The translations under genes and the position numbers were made by a program. A stretch of 64,000 bases of DNA. It comes from an uncultured Clostridia bacterium (GTDB lineage Bacteria; Bacillota; Clostridia; Christensenellales; Borkfalkiaceae). The notes beneath the pieces are model-generated. The model saw only the letters and a program-made list of their open reading frames with translations, had not been told where the DNA came from and ran no database searches. Positions 16,432-26,464 of the stretch are shown here, piece after piece. Position 1 is the first letter of the stretch. Every line of letters starts with the position of its first letter. The stretch is from positions 208,583-272,582 of the forward strand of contig CANPZD010000001.1 of the NCBI GenBank assembly GCA_947589085.1, in the 5' to 3' direction.

Positions 16432-17961
16432 TTATTTCAGCAGCGAGAGAAAAAGTCCCTCGTAATATTTGGCGGATGTCGACCAGGAAAAATCCGTTTC
16501 CATCGCCTTTTTCACCAGAGCGCTCCATTCGTCTTTCATCCGATATACGCCGATCGCTTCGCAGATCACATAGAGCATATCGTGCGCATTGTAACTGTGG
16601 AACGTAAATCCGTTTCCGCCCGCGCCGTAAGGCGTGATGCTGTCTTTCAAGCCGCCCGTTTCCCTGACCAGAGCCACCGCGCCGTAGCGGGACGCAATCA
16701 TCTGCGAAAGTCCGCACGGTTCGCTTTTCGAGGGCATCAGAAAGATATCGGCGCCCGAATAGATCTTGCGGGACAGGTCGGAATTGAACGAGATGATCGT
16801 CACCACTTTCCCCTGATATCTCCGGGCAAGATCGGTAAAGAAATTTTCGTATGTGGAATCCCCCGTGCCGAGCAGAATGAATTGTATGTTCTGCCGCAGG
16901 GCCTGTTCGATGACTTCTTTTACGAGATCGAGTCCTTTGTGCGATACAAGGCGGGAGATCATGGCAATGATCGGCGTATCCGGTTTTACGGGGAGACCGA
17001 GCATCTTCTGCAATTCTTCCTTGCACACCGCCTTGTTCTGCGGGTGATCCGCGTCGTAATTGGCAAAGAGCGACGGATCCGTACCGGGATCGTAAAATTC
17101 CGGATCGATCCCGTTGAGAATGCCGCGGAGCTTGCCTTCGTTGCGGCGGATGATCGGATCCAATCCCCTGCCGAACTGCGGCTGTTTGATCTCCTCCGCG
17201 TAAGAAGGAGAGACCGTCGTAATGGCTTCGCAGCACTCGAGCGCGCCCTTCATGAGATTGATGCAGCGATCGTATTCCACAAGATTCCGGAAATGATAGG
17301 AAATCCCGAACAGATCCTCGAGAATTTCCAAAGAATACTGTCCCTGATACTCGATGTTGTGGATCGTAAATACGGCGCGGATATTCCGGTATTCCGCCCG
17401 GTTGCAGTAGATCGTTTTCAGATAGATCGCCGCAAGCGCCGCCTGCCAATCGTGGCAGTGCAGAATATCGGGATAGAACCCGATAAATCCGAGGATCTCC
17501 ATGACGCCGCGGCAGAAAAACGCAAAACGTTCGCCGTCGTCGTAATATCCGTAGCAGCCGGGACGCTTGAAATAATATTCGTTGTCCACAAAGTAGTACG
17601 TGACGCCCTCGGATTTGTATTCGAAGATCCCGCAATACTGATTGCGCCAGGAAAGCTGGACATAGAGATTGCCGATAAAGCGGAAATCTTTGCGGAATTC
17701 CTTGCGGACATCCTGATAAAGCGGCAGGATCACGCGGACGTCGAACGCGTCGTTTTTCGCGACGGCTTTCGAAAGCGATCCGATCACCTCGGCAAGCCCT
17801 CCCGTCGAAATGAACGGAGCGGCCTCCGAAGCGACAAATAGGATCTTCTTTTTGGCCGCGACGGTGATTTCGTTCTGTTCCGTAAATGTTTCTGCTTCGC
17901 GCTCCACAACTTCTACGGGCGGGATATCAAGGTCGTTGTTCCAAAGTTCGGTAGTAGTCAA
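16432..17961 (-). CDS. glgA: Glycogen synthase (ADP-glucose type)
   Basis: KKILFVASEAAPFISTGGLAEVIGSL and PSKSEPCGLSQM. It has a roughly 30-aa N-terminal extension if the track start is used. Confidence 0.92.
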   Translation of the reverse strand: MTTTELWNNDLDIPPVEVVEREAETFTEQNEITVAAKKKILFVASEAAPFISTGGLAEVIGSLSKAVAKNDAFDVRVILPLYQDVRKEFRKDFRFIGNLYVQLSWRNQYCGIFEYKSEGVTYYFVDNEYYFKRPGCYGYYDDGERFAFFCRGVMEILGFIGFYPDILHCHDWQAALAAIYLKTIYCNRAEYRNIRAVFTIHNIEYQGQYSLEILEDLFGISYHFRNLVEYDRCINLMKGALECCEAITTVSPSYAEEIKQPQFGRGLDPIIRRNEGKLRGILNGIDPEFYDPGTDPSLFANYDADHPQNKAVCKEELQKMLGLPVKPDTPIIAMISRLVSHKGLDLVKEVIEQALRQNIQFILLGTGDSTYENFFTDLARRYQGKVVTIISFNSDLSRKIYSGADIFLMPSKSEPCGLSQMIASRYGAVALVRETGGLKDSITPYGAGGNGFTFHSYNAHDMLYVICEAIGVYRMKDEWSALVKKAMETDFSWSTSAKYYEGLFLSLLK

Positions 17962-17996
17962 AATGTGCCCCCTTCTGACGCTATGCGCGCGTAATT

Positions 17997-19109
17997 TTAT
18001 AGCATTCTGCCCTTCGATACGTAATACGGAAGAGCTTCGCAGCCTGCAAGTTTTCTTCTGTCGCGGATCACGACGTTTTTATCCGTGATCACGCAGTCGA
18101 GCGAGACGTTCGCGCCGATCACGGTATCCTGCATGACGATACAATTCCGGACGACGCTCCCCTTCCCGACTTTCACGCCGCGGAAAAGGATGCTGTTTTC
18201 CACGGTCCCCTCGATCATACACCCGTCCGAGATCAGCGAATCGGATACGGACGCGCCAGCAAGGTATTTGGAAGGCGCAGAATCACGGACCTTGGTGTAG
18301 ACGTCTCTGGCGCCGAACAGTTCGGCACGCACATCGCGGCGCAGCAGTTCCATGCTGTGCAGATAGTAATCCTGAATGGTGTGCACCGCAGCGTAATAGC
18401 CGTTTAACCGATAGCCGTACAACCGGAGCGTTTCGACGTTTTTTGCGAGGATATCTTTCCCGAAACTCGAAAAGCCGTGCGTGACGGCGTTTCCGATCGT
18501 ATTGATCAGAAATTCCCGGCTCATCACCATGACGTTCACATAGAGATTCAACGGCTGTCCGCCGGTTTTCGGATTGATCCTCAGTTCCCGGATGCGGCCC
18601 GTTTCGTCGGGCGCAAGCGCAATAAAATACGAAGATCCGACGTGCGTTTCTTCGTGATAAACCATTGTGATATCGGCGTGTTTTTCCTCATGGAAACGCA
18701 CGATATCCGCAATGTCCATGCGGGCGATGCCGTCGCAGTCGGCGATCACGACGTAATCCTCGTTACGGTGATTCAAAAATCCCGTGATCCCCATGAGTCC
18801 TTCGAGACGCGTCGAATACGGCGCGTCCGTTTCGTCGGAATACGGCGGAAGCAGAATGATGCCGCCGTCCTTGCGCGCCAGATCCCAATCTTTCCCGCTG
18901 CCCAAGTGATCGATCAGCGATTGATAGTTGTTTTTCACGACGATCCCGACGGTCGTGATCCCCGAATTGACCATATTCGAGAGCGCAAAATCGATGAGGC
19001 GGTATCTTCCTCCGTACGGGACGGACGCCATCGTGCGGTGACGGGAAATTTCAGGCAAATTCTCGTCGTTGATGTGTGAAAAAATAACGCCGACTGTAGA
19101 AATTGCCAT
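17997..19109 (-). CDS. glgD: Glucose-1-phosphate adenylyltransferase regulatory subunit GlgD
   Basis: GlgC paralog lacking the GGxGxRL motif, placed directly after glgC as in Bacillus and Clostridia. Confidence 0.88.
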   Translation of the reverse strand: MAISTVGVIFSHINDENLPEISRHRTMASVPYGGRYRLIDFALSNMVNSGITTVGIVVKNNYQSLIDHLGSGKDWDLARKDGGIILLPPYSDETDAPYSTRLEGLMGITGFLNHRNEDYVVIADCDGIARMDIADIVRFHEEKHADITMVYHEETHVGSSYFIALAPDETGRIRELRINPKTGGQPLNLYVNVMVMSREFLINTIGNAVTHGFSSFGKDILAKNVETLRLYGYRLNGYYAAVHTIQDYYLHSMELLRRDVRAELFGARDVYTKVRDSAPSKYLAGASVSDSLISDGCMIEGTVENSILFRGVKVGKGSVVRNCIVMQDTVIGANVSLDCVITDKNVVIRDRRKLAGCEALPYYVSKGRML

Positions 19110-20306
19110 CTATTTTACCTCGTAATCCTTTTCGAGGATCATGCCGCCCGCCACGTTTGCCCCGCGTCCGACGCGGATATTTCTGCCGAGTACGGCGATC
19201 CCTGCTTTGTTTTCTTTCGGCTCGCCCACAGCCGCGTTTTCTTCCACCGTGACGTTTTCATCCACAATGGAATAATTGACGACGGCGCCTCTGCGGATCA
19301 CGGATCCCGCCATGATCAGGCTGTCGTTCACTTCCGCCCCTTCTTCCACGACGACGCCCGCGGCAAGCAGGGAATTTCTTACAGTCCCCTCGATCTCGCA
19401 GCCGAGCGCGATCATCGCTCCCTCGATATGCGCCCCGGCGCCGATGTATTCGGGAGGCGCGAGCGGATTGCGGGAATGGATCTTCCAATCCGCGTCCGCG
19501 ACGTCGAACACGGGTTCGCTCCCGAGCAGATCCATATTCGATTCCCAAAGGGATGCGATCGTGCCGACGTCTTTCCAATAGCCGCGGAACCGGTAAACGG
19601 AGATTTTTTCTCCCTTTTTCAGCATGGCGGGAAGAACGTCTTTCCCGAAATCCTTGCTCGATTCCGGATCGGCGTCGTCCTCTTCGAGATACCGGCAGAG
19701 CTTGCTTGCCGTGAAGATATAGATCCCCATGGAAGCGAGATTGCTCTTCGGCGCTTTGGGTTTTTCTTCGAAATCGCTCACGAAGCCGTCCTCTCCGACA
19801 TTCAGAATGCCGAATCTCGAAGCCTCTTTGAGCGGAACTTCCACGGCCGCAACCGTGCAGTCTGCGCCCGATTCCTTATGCGCGCGAAGCATATCCGCAT
19901 AATTCATCTTATAGATGTGGTCGCCCGAAAGGATCAGAACATAATCCGGATTGTATTTTTTCAGGAAGTGCATGTTCTGATAGATGGCGTTCGCGGTCCC
20001 CTGATACCACGAGGATTTCCGCTTCGCCTGATAGGGTGAAAGAATGTGAACGCCGCCGAACGCGCGGTCCAGATCCCACGGCTGACCGTTCCCGATATAT
20101 TCGATGAGTTCGAGCGGTTCATACTGCGTGAGCACGCCCACCGTGTCGATCCCGGAGTTGATGCAATTCGAGAGCGGAAAGTCGATGATCCGGTATTTGG
20201 CTCCGAACGCAACGGCCGGTTTGGCAATATCGTTGGTCAGCGCATAGAGGCGGCTTCCCTGTCCGCCCGCAAGCAGCATGGCAACGCATTCTTTCTTTCT
20301 CAGCAT
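19110..20306 (-). CDS. glgC: Glucose-1-phosphate adenylyltransferase
   Basis: [31 protein letters not shown] and a left-handed beta-helix C-terminus. Confidence 0.95.
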   Translation of the reverse strand: MLRKKECVAMLLAGGQGSRLYALTNDIAKPAVAFGAKYRIIDFPLSNCINSGIDTVGVLTQYEPLELIEYIGNGQPWDLDRAFGGVHILSPYQAKRKSSWYQGTANAIYQNMHFLKKYNPDYVLILSGDHIYKMNYADMLRAHKESGADCTVAAVEVPLKEASRFGILNVGEDGFVSDFEEKPKAPKSNLASMGIYIFTASKLCRYLEEDDADPESSKDFGKDVLPAMLKKGEKISVYRFRGYWKDVGTIASLWESNMDLLGSEPVFDVADADWKIHSRNPLAPPEYIGAGAHIEGAMIALGCEIEGTVRNSLLAAGVVVEEGAEVNDSLIMAGSVIRRGAVVNYSIVDENVTVEENAAVGEPKENKAGIAVLGRNIRVGRGANVAGGMILEKDYEVK

Positions 20307-20327
20307 AGTATCCTCCGCTGCCGACGT

Positions 20328-22274
20328 TTATTTCTTCTTTCTCTGCGTCGGTTTTTTTGCGGGCGCGTCCGGCATGCGCCTTAAATAGATCGTCGTGAAC
20401 ATGGGCAGGTGCAGACAGATCGAATACCTACGGTTATGGCTGGGGATCTCCTCTGCGGGATATGTTCTTACCGTCACTTTTCCCTCGCCGCCGTACTTTT
20501 CGTCGTCGGTGCAGAACGCCACTTCGTAATTGCCGGGCGCGTTGATCCCGAGACGGTAATCCCACACGTCCGCTCCCGAGAAACAGGAAATTACGATCAC
20601 TTCGTTTCCGGCGCGGTCTCTGCGGATAAAAGCGATAGTATTGTTTCCGGCGTCATCGGGCGCGAGCCATTCGAAGCCGTCCCACGAATCCTCCACCTCG
20701 TACAGAGCCGGCGTGGAACGATAAAATTCGTTGAGTTCTTTCACGCAGACCGCAAGTTTTCCGTGCTGCTCATAGGTGTCGCGCAGGAAGAATTCCAACC
20801 CCTTGTTATAGTCCCATTCGTCGAACTGGCCGAATTCATAACCCATAAAGTTGAGTTTTTTGCCGGGGTGTGCCATCTGATAGCCGAGAAAACTGCGCAC
20901 GCCCGCAAATTTTTGCTCGTAGAATCCGGGCATTTTGTTGATCAGAGAACCTTTTCCGTATACGACCTCGTCATGCGAAATGGGCAGCACGAAATTTTCG
21001 GAAAAGGCGTACATCATCGAAAACGTCAGCTTATTGTGATTGTACATGCGATAGATGGGATTCTGATTCATATAGGAGAGAACATCGTTCATCCAGCCCA
21101 TATTCCATTTGAAGTTGAATCCGAGGCCGCCCATCGAAGCGGGTTTGGTGACTCCGCCCCACGCCGTAGATTCCTCCGCGATCATGAGCGCATAAGGGAA
21201 GCGCTTGAACACCGCCTCATTCAGTTTGCGCAAAAAGTTGATCGCTTCGAGATTCTTGTTTTCGCCGTAAATATTCGGCACCCACTCCCCCGGCTTTTTA
21301 TCGTAATCGAGATAGAGCATGGAGGCGACGGCGTCCACGCGCAGGCCGTCGATGTGGAATTTATCGAAAAACAGACATGCGCTGGAGATCAGGAAGGAGA
21401 CCACCTCGTTTCTGCCGTAGTCGAAGCGGCGCGTTCCCCAGCTCTTATGTTCCATTCTGTCCCATTGACCGCTCTCATAGAGCGGCTGTCCATCGAATTC
21501 GAACAGACCGTGCGCATCCTTGGGGAAATGCGCGGGCACCCAGTCGAGGATGACGCCGATCCCCGCGTTATGGAAGCAATCGACAAGGTACATGAAATCG
21601 TTCGGCGTGCCGAGACGGGAAGTTACCGCAAAATAGCCCGTCACCTGATAGCCCCACGAGCCGTCGTAAGGGTACTCCGTGATCGGCATGAACTCTACGT
21701 GCGTGTAACCCATGTATTTGACATAGTTCACGAGTTCCGACGCAAGCTCTCTGTAAGTATAATATCCCCCGTTTTCGTGTTTTTTCCACGACAGGAGGTT
21801 GACTTCGTAGATATTGATCGGCGAAGTGAATACATTGCGCTTTTCGAGCTGTTCGAAGTATGTTCCGTCTTTCCATTCGTAACCGTCGAGATCGAATAGC
21901 TTGGAGCCGGTCCACGGCGGCGTTTCGGAATGGAAGGCGACCGGATCGGCTTTCAGAAATTGTCTGCCGTCCGCCGCGGTCACGCAATATTTGTAGATAT
22001 CGTAACGGCCGAGGCCGGGAATGAAGAGTTCGAACGACTCTCCGTCTATCATGCGGTTCATAAAATGACGGTTGGTATCCCAGCCGTTGAAATCGCCTAC
22101 CACGGAAACGCTCTGCGCATGCGGCGCCCAAACGCGGAAAACATATCCCTCTTCCCCGTTTCGCACTTCCCTGTGCGCGCCGAAAATTTCATAGATCCTG
22201 TCGTTGTTCCCGTGATGATAGAGATAGAGCGGAAAATCCGTAAGATTCTGTTCTTTATTTGCGTCGTTCGCCAT
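20328..22274 (-). CDS. glgB: 1,4-alpha-glucan branching enzyme
   Basis: GH13_9 pattern: GVILDWVPAHFPKD, IDGLRVDAVASMLY, MIAEESTAW, LPISHDEVV. Confidence 0.95.
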   Translation of the reverse strand: MANDANKEQNLTDFPLYLYHHGNNDRIYEIFGAHREVRNGEEGYVFRVWAPHAQSVSVVGDFNGWDTNRHFMNRMIDGESFELFIPGLGRYDIYKYCVTAADGRQFLKADPVAFHSETPPWTGSKLFDLDGYEWKDGTYFEQLEKRNVFTSPINIYEVNLLSWKKHENGGYYTYRELASELVNYVKYMGYTHVEFMPITEYPYDGSWGYQVTGYFAVTSRLGTPNDFMYLVDCFHNAGIGVILDWVPAHFPKDAHGLFEFDGQPLYESGQWDRMEHKSWGTRRFDYGRNEVVSFLISSACLFFDKFHIDGLRVDAVASMLYLDYDKKPGEWVPNIYGENKNLEAINFLRKLNEAVFKRFPYALMIAEESTAWGGVTKPASMGGLGFNFKWNMGWMNDVLSYMNQNPIYRMYNHNKLTFSMMYAFSENFVLPISHDEVVYGKGSLINKMPGFYEQKFAGVRSFLGYQMAHPGKKLNFMGYEFGQFDEWDYNKGLEFFLRDTYEQHGKLAVCVKELNEFYRSTPALYEVEDSWDGFEWLAPDDAGNNTIAFIRRDRAGNEVIVISCFSGADVWDYRLGINAPGNYEVAFCTDDEKYGGEGKVTVRTYPAEEIPSHNRRYSICLHLPMFTTIYLRRMPDAPAKKPTQRKKK

Positions 22275-22345
22275 GCGGCATCCTCCTCATTGCCGCAAAG
22301 CGGCCTTATGGGCACGGTTTTTCGCATTCTACCGATGCCGCGTTT

Positions 22346-22374
22346 ATTATACTATAAAAGGGCATAACTTTCAA
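22346..22374 (-). promoter_or_regulatory. SigA-type promoter of the glg operon
   Basis: On the - strand: TTGAAA (22374-22369), 17 nt, TATAAT (22351-22346). Confidence 0.6.
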
Positions 22375-22414
22375 GAGTAAAATTTAATTTTTTCGGACTT
22401 TCGGCAAGTTTTTC

Positions 22415-22451
22415 CCTTAAAATAAGACCCCGCGGCGTGAGCCGCGGGGTC
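22415..22451 (-). terminator. Intrinsic terminator of murC
   Basis: GACCCCGCGGC (22426-22436) / GCCGCGGGGTC (22441-22451), then TTATTTTAAGGG on the - strand. Confidence 0.8.
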
Positions 22452-23772
22452 AATCGAGAATGCTCTTGGCAATATCGTAGATATCGCCGGCTCCGAGAAC
22501 AAGAATGAGATCGTCCGGATGCAGATCTTCCGTCAACCGTTTTCTGAGCTGCGTGGGCGTTTGCACATAGCGCGCGTCGGGAACATGGCTCACGAGCATT
22601 GCGGCGCTGCCCGAAATATCGAACGTTTCCCGCGCGGAATACGTGGAATACACGATGGGACGTTCCGTCCGTTTGAGCACTTCCGCAAACTCCTCCATGA
22701 AATCGCGCGTGCGGGTGTACGTGTGCGGCTGAAACACCGTCCGCACGGTTCCCATGCAGAGTTTTTGCGCCGTCGAAAGCGTCGCCGCGATCTCACGCGG
22801 ATGGTGCGCGTAGTCGCATACGACGGGCACGCCGCAGAGATTTCCCACGTGTTCGAATCTGCGCCGCACGCCGCGGAAATCCTCGAGTCCCCGCTTGATC
22901 TCCGTACCGCTGAATCCGAGAAGGCGCGCGCATGCGTAAGCCGCCAACGCATTGTAAATGTGCACTTTCCCTTCGACGTTCAATTTGATCGGAACGACGG
23001 GAATGCCGTCCTCGGAGACGGTAAAAACATATTTTTCGCGAACGGAACGGATGTCCTCCGCGCGGATATTTCCCGCATAAAGCCCGAAAGAAAGCGCATG
23101 CGGGAGCTTTCGCGCTTTGCGGTCGTCGGCATTGACGACGACGCGGCGCGCCTGTGCGGCAAACGTTGCGTAAGCGTTGAAAAGTTCCTCTTCGCTGCGA
23201 TAACAATCGGTATGATCGCGGTCGCAGTTGAGGATCGCGGCGACGTCGCTTTTCAGAGAAAGAAAGCTGCGTTTGAATTCGCAGGCTTCCGTGACGAAGA
23301 ATTCCCGCCCCGTTGAAAAATAATTGCCGAGCACGACGTCCTCGCCGCCGATATGACAGGTGAATTTTGCGCCGCAGGAATAGAGGATATGCGAGAGCAT
23401 ACAGGTGGTTGTCGTTTTCCCGTGACAGCCCGCAACGGAAAGAACATGCGAATATCCCTCCGCAACCTTTCCAAGAAGCTCTGCCCGCGACATGAGACGT
23501 TTTCCCGCCGAAATTGCCGCCGTAAGTTGCGGGTGTTGTTCGCCGATCGCGCCCGTGTAGACGACATGATCCTCTGTGATCTTCTCGGTTTCTCCGATGT
23601 GAACATGAATGCCGCGGCCGGAGAGCATGCGGGTAAAATGACTTTCGGCGGCGTCGCTTCCGCGTACGTAAGCGCCGGCGTCCTGCAACAGGCATGCCAA
23701 AGCGCTCATACTTACGCCGCCGATTCCGATAAAGTACCAACTTTTGGAGCCGCCCGTGGATTCGGAACACAT
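22450..23772 (-). CDS. murC: UDP-N-acetylmuramate--L-alanine ligase
   Basis: YFIGIGGVSMSALACLL, GCHGKTTTT, and a Mur ligase C-terminal domain. Confidence 0.93.
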   Translation of the reverse strand: MCSESTGGSKSWYFIGIGGVSMSALACLLQDAGAYVRGSDAAESHFTRMLSGRGIHVHIGETEKITEDHVVYTGAIGEQHPQLTAAISAGKRLMSRAELLGKVAEGYSHVLSVAGCHGKTTTTCMLSHILYSCGAKFTCHIGGEDVVLGNYFSTGREFFVTEACEFKRSFLSLKSDVAAILNCDRDHTDCYRSEEELFNAYATFAAQARRVVVNADDRKARKLPHALSFGLYAGNIRAEDIRSVREKYVFTVSEDGIPVVPIKLNVEGKVHIYNALAAYACARLLGFSGTEIKRGLEDFRGVRRRFEHVGNLCGVPVVCDYAHHPREIAATLSTAQKLCMGTVRTVFQPHTYTRTRDFMEEFAEVLKRTERPIVYSTYSARETFDISGSAAMLVSHVPDARYVQTPTQLRKRLTEDLHPDDLILVLGAGDIYDIAKSILD

Positions 23773-23844
23773 ACCTCATCGTATGGAAAAATAAAATTAT
23801 TTGTGAAAGATTTATAATTTTTCCAAAAAAGTGAAATAAAATTA

Positions 23845-23873
23845 TTGAAATTTCAAGAAAGTTGTGATAATAT
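23845..23873 (+). promoter_or_regulatory. SigA-type promoter of spoVG
   Basis: TTGAAA (23845-23850), 17 nt, TAATAT (23868-23873), followed by a GGAGG SD before ATG 23909. Confidence 0.55.
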
Positions 23874-23908
23874 AGTGAATAAGCAAACCACTATCGGAGG
23901 TAAACGGA

Positions 23909-24178
23909 ATGGAAATCGGTGATGTACGGATTCGTCTCGTTCAGCGCGCAGATGGAATACTCCGCGCAGTTGCATCTATCACGATCGACGGTTGCTTCGT
24001 CGTTCACGACATTAAAATTTTTGAACGCGACGGCGAGAGTTTTATCGCAATGCCCAGCCGCAAAACGCCGGACGGCGAGTACAAGGACATTGCGCACCCC
24101 ATCAACACGGAGACGCGGGAAGCGATCCGCGAAGCAATTCTGAAACAATACCGGGCCGTCAAGGCCGCGGAAATCTGA
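23909..24178 (+). CDS. spoVG: Septation protein SpoVG
   Basis: MEIGDVRIRLV...LRAVASITIDGCFVVHDIKIFERDGESFIAMPSRKTPDGEYKDIAHPI. Confidence 0.93.
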   Translation: MEIGDVRIRLVQRADGILRAVASITIDGCFVVHDIKIFERDGESFIAMPSRKTPDGEYKDIAHPINTETREAIREAILKQYRAVKAAEI

Positions 24179-24189
24179 AATCCGTAAGT

Positions 24190-24222
24190 AAAAAAAACGC
24201 GCCGCAAAGGGCGCGTTTTTTT
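24190..24222. terminator. Bidirectional terminator between spoVG and the csp gene
   Basis: AAAAAAAACGCGCC GCAAA GGGCGCGTTTTTTT. Confidence 0.8.
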
Positions 24223-24234
24223 CAGAGTTGTAAC

Positions 24235-24453
24235 TCAGGAAACAGGTACGACATTGACGGCACGGAGTTTTCCGCTGTCTTTGGGGTCCGGTTCGGTCTC
24301 AAACGTGACCTTTTGGCCCTCTTTCAAAGTACGAAACACCCCCGCTTCCGCCTGGATCGCAGAGAAATGCACGAAGATGTCGTCCCCGCCTTCATCATTG
24401 GAGATAAAGCCGTATCCTTTTCCGTCATTGAACCATTTCACAGTTCCGTTCAC
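24235..24453 (-). CDS. Cold-shock protein (CspA family)
   Basis: [15 protein letters not shown] (RNP1) and DIFVHFSAI (RNP2). GTG start after GGAGG. Confidence 0.93.
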   Translation of the reverse strand: MNGTVKWFNDGKGYGFISNDEGGDDIFVHFSAIQAEAGVFRTLKEGQKVTFETEPDPKDSGKLRAVNVVPVS

Positions 24454-24514
24454 AATAATACCTCCTATCCGTTGCCCGCGCGTCTCATAATTCCGCCCGA
24501 CTCAACACTGTTCT

Positions 24515-24543
24515 ATTATAACAGCGGCGTGCGGGAATGTCAA
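24515..24543 (-). promoter_or_regulatory. Consensus SigA promoter of the csp gene
   Basis: On the - strand: TTGACA (24543-24538), 17 nt, TATAAT (24520-24515). Confidence 0.65.
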
Positions 24544-24561
24544 TACCCCTTGCAAAAAAAT

Positions 24562-26376
24562 TCACTGTTTTTGCAAATATTCCCGCATATAGAGCGAGGC
24601 GGTTTCCGTAAAAGCGGTGAGCTCCTCGGGCGTCAAAGGACGATAATTCATGAGTGCGAGCAGATAAATATATTCCGCCGCGGTTTTGCGCGCCGGCTCG
24701 GCCGCTCCTTTGACCGCGCGCACCGCTTCGCAATTCGTATTTACGACGAGCGTAATATCCTCCGGCATATCCCCCATTTTGTAGAAACTGTTCATTTCGG
24801 ACATTCTGCGCATGAATTCCGAGACGTTGACGACAGCCGGCACGGACGCATTTTTGAATTTTTCCGCTTTAACGGTGATTTTTTTCTCTTTGAGCGCTTC
24901 GGTAAAGAGATCCGCAAGTTCTTGATCCGCGTCGCCCTCTTCCTTCAAAGCGCCCGCCACGTCGGCGTCGATCCGCAAAAAGCGCACTTTTCTGGGATTT
25001 TTGTACTCGATATAGCTGATGAAATGCGGGTCGATAAACGTATCGCAATGGATCGCGTCCAGTCCCGCTTCCCGGAACATTTCCACGTATTGCGCCTGTT
25101 TATTTTCGTCTGAAACGTAATACACGGCCTGCGGTTCTTTCCCGGCTTTGGCGTCGTCGTCGGAGACCTCCTCCCCGAAGAAGCTTTCGAGCGGCCGGTA
25201 TTTTCCCGCAAGATCCTTGTATATGATGATATCCTTGACTTTGCCGTAGAAATCTTCGTCTTTGATGCAGCCGAATTTTACAAAATTGGCGAGATCCGAC
25301 CAGCAGGCTTCGTATTTTTCACGATCGTTCCGGAAGAGTTCCGAAAGCTTGTCGGCGACCTTTTTGGTGATATGTTTCGCGATCTTCTGCACCTGACGAT
25401 CGTTCTGGAGAAACGACCGCGAAACGTTCAGCGGGATATCGGGGCAGTCGATCACGCCGTTCAGAAGCATGAGAAATTCCGGGATCACTTCCTTGATATT
25501 GTCGGCGATATACACCTGATTGCAGTACAGTTTCACCTGTCCGCGCTCGAGTTCGACTTGCTTTCTCACCTTGGGGAAGTACAGGATCCCCTTGAGCCGG
25601 AAAGGATATTCCATGTTGAGATGGATCCAGAAGAGCGGTTCGTTGAAATCCGAAAAGGTTTCGCGGTAGAAATTTTTATATTCCTCTTCGGTGCACTCTT
25701 TGGGCTGTTTTGTATAGAGCGGCACGGTCGTATTGACGGGTTTGTCGTCCTCTTTCCCTTTCGGATTCAGATAAATCTCATAGGGCATGAACGAGCAGTA
25801 TTTGCGCAGCAACTCGCGGACTTTGTTCTCTTTGAGGAATTCTTTTTCCTCCTTTGCGATGTGCATGACGATCTTGGTTCCGCGTGCGGTTTTATCGCAT
25901 TCTCCGATCGTATAGGTGCTTTCCCCGTCCGAATCCCAATGCACGGCGGCCGCGCCGTCACGGTACGATTTCGTGAAAATTTCCACGCGCTCGGAAACCA
26001 TATACGCGGAATAAAATCCGAGTCCGAAATGTCCGATGATCCCGTCTCCGCCCGCCTTTTCGTATTTTTCGAGAAAATCCGCAGCGCCGGAAAACGCGAT
26101 CTGCGTGATATACGTCTCCACTTCGTCTTCCGTCATGCCGATCCCGTTGTCCTCTACGGTGAGCGTACCGGCTTTTTCGTCCGTCGTCACCGTGATCTTA
26201 AAGGGCGCGTCGTTCTTCGTTTCGCCCAGAGCGACGAGTTTCGAGAGTTTGGTGATCGCATCGGAAGCGTTCGCTACGATTTCGCGAAGAAAAATATCCT
26301 TATCCGAATACAGCCATTTTTTGATGATCGGCATCATGTTTTCGCTTGAAATTTTAATGTTGCCCTGTCTTTCCAT
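24562..26376 (-). CDS. htpG: Molecular chaperone HtpG (Hsp90)
   Basis: LYSDKDIFLREIVANASDAITK and DNGIGMT (GHKL ATPase); 604 aa. Confidence 0.95.
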   Translation of the reverse strand: MERQGNIKISSENMMPIIKKWLYSDKDIFLREIVANASDAITKLSKLVALGETKNDAPFKITVTTDEKAGTLTVEDNGIGMTEDEVETYITQIAFSGAADFLEKYEKAGGDGIIGHFGLGFYSAYMVSERVEIFTKSYRDGAAAVHWDSDGESTYTIGECDKTARGTKIVMHIAKEEKEFLKENKVRELLRKYCSFMPYEIYLNPKGKEDDKPVNTTVPLYTKQPKECTEEEYKNFYRETFSDFNEPLFWIHLNMEYPFRLKGILYFPKVRKQVELERGQVKLYCNQVYIADNIKEVIPEFLMLLNGVIDCPDIPLNVSRSFLQNDRQVQKIAKHITKKVADKLSELFRNDREKYEACWSDLANFVKFGCIKDEDFYGKVKDIIIYKDLAGKYRPLESFFGEEVSDDDAKAGKEPQAVYYVSDENKQAQYVEMFREAGLDAIHCDTFIDPHFISYIEYKNPRKVRFLRIDADVAGALKEEGDADQELADLFTEALKEKKITVKAEKFKNASVPAVVNVSEFMRRMSEMNSFYKMGDMPEDITLVVNTNCEAVRAVKGAAEPARKTAAEYIYLLALMNYRPLTPEELTAFTETASLYMREYLQKQ

Positions 26377-26419
26377 GTCGAATTACCTTCTGTGGTTTTA
26401 TTTTTACCTTATATATAAA

Positions 26420-26450
26420 CAAAAAAATCCGCCATTAAGCGGATTTTTCG
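26420..26450 (-). terminator. Intrinsic terminator downstream of ispH-S1
   Basis: ATCCGC (26427-26432) / GCGGAT (26439-26444), flanked by A-run and T-run. Confidence 0.7.
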
Positions 26451-26464
26451 GATTCGGAAAAAAT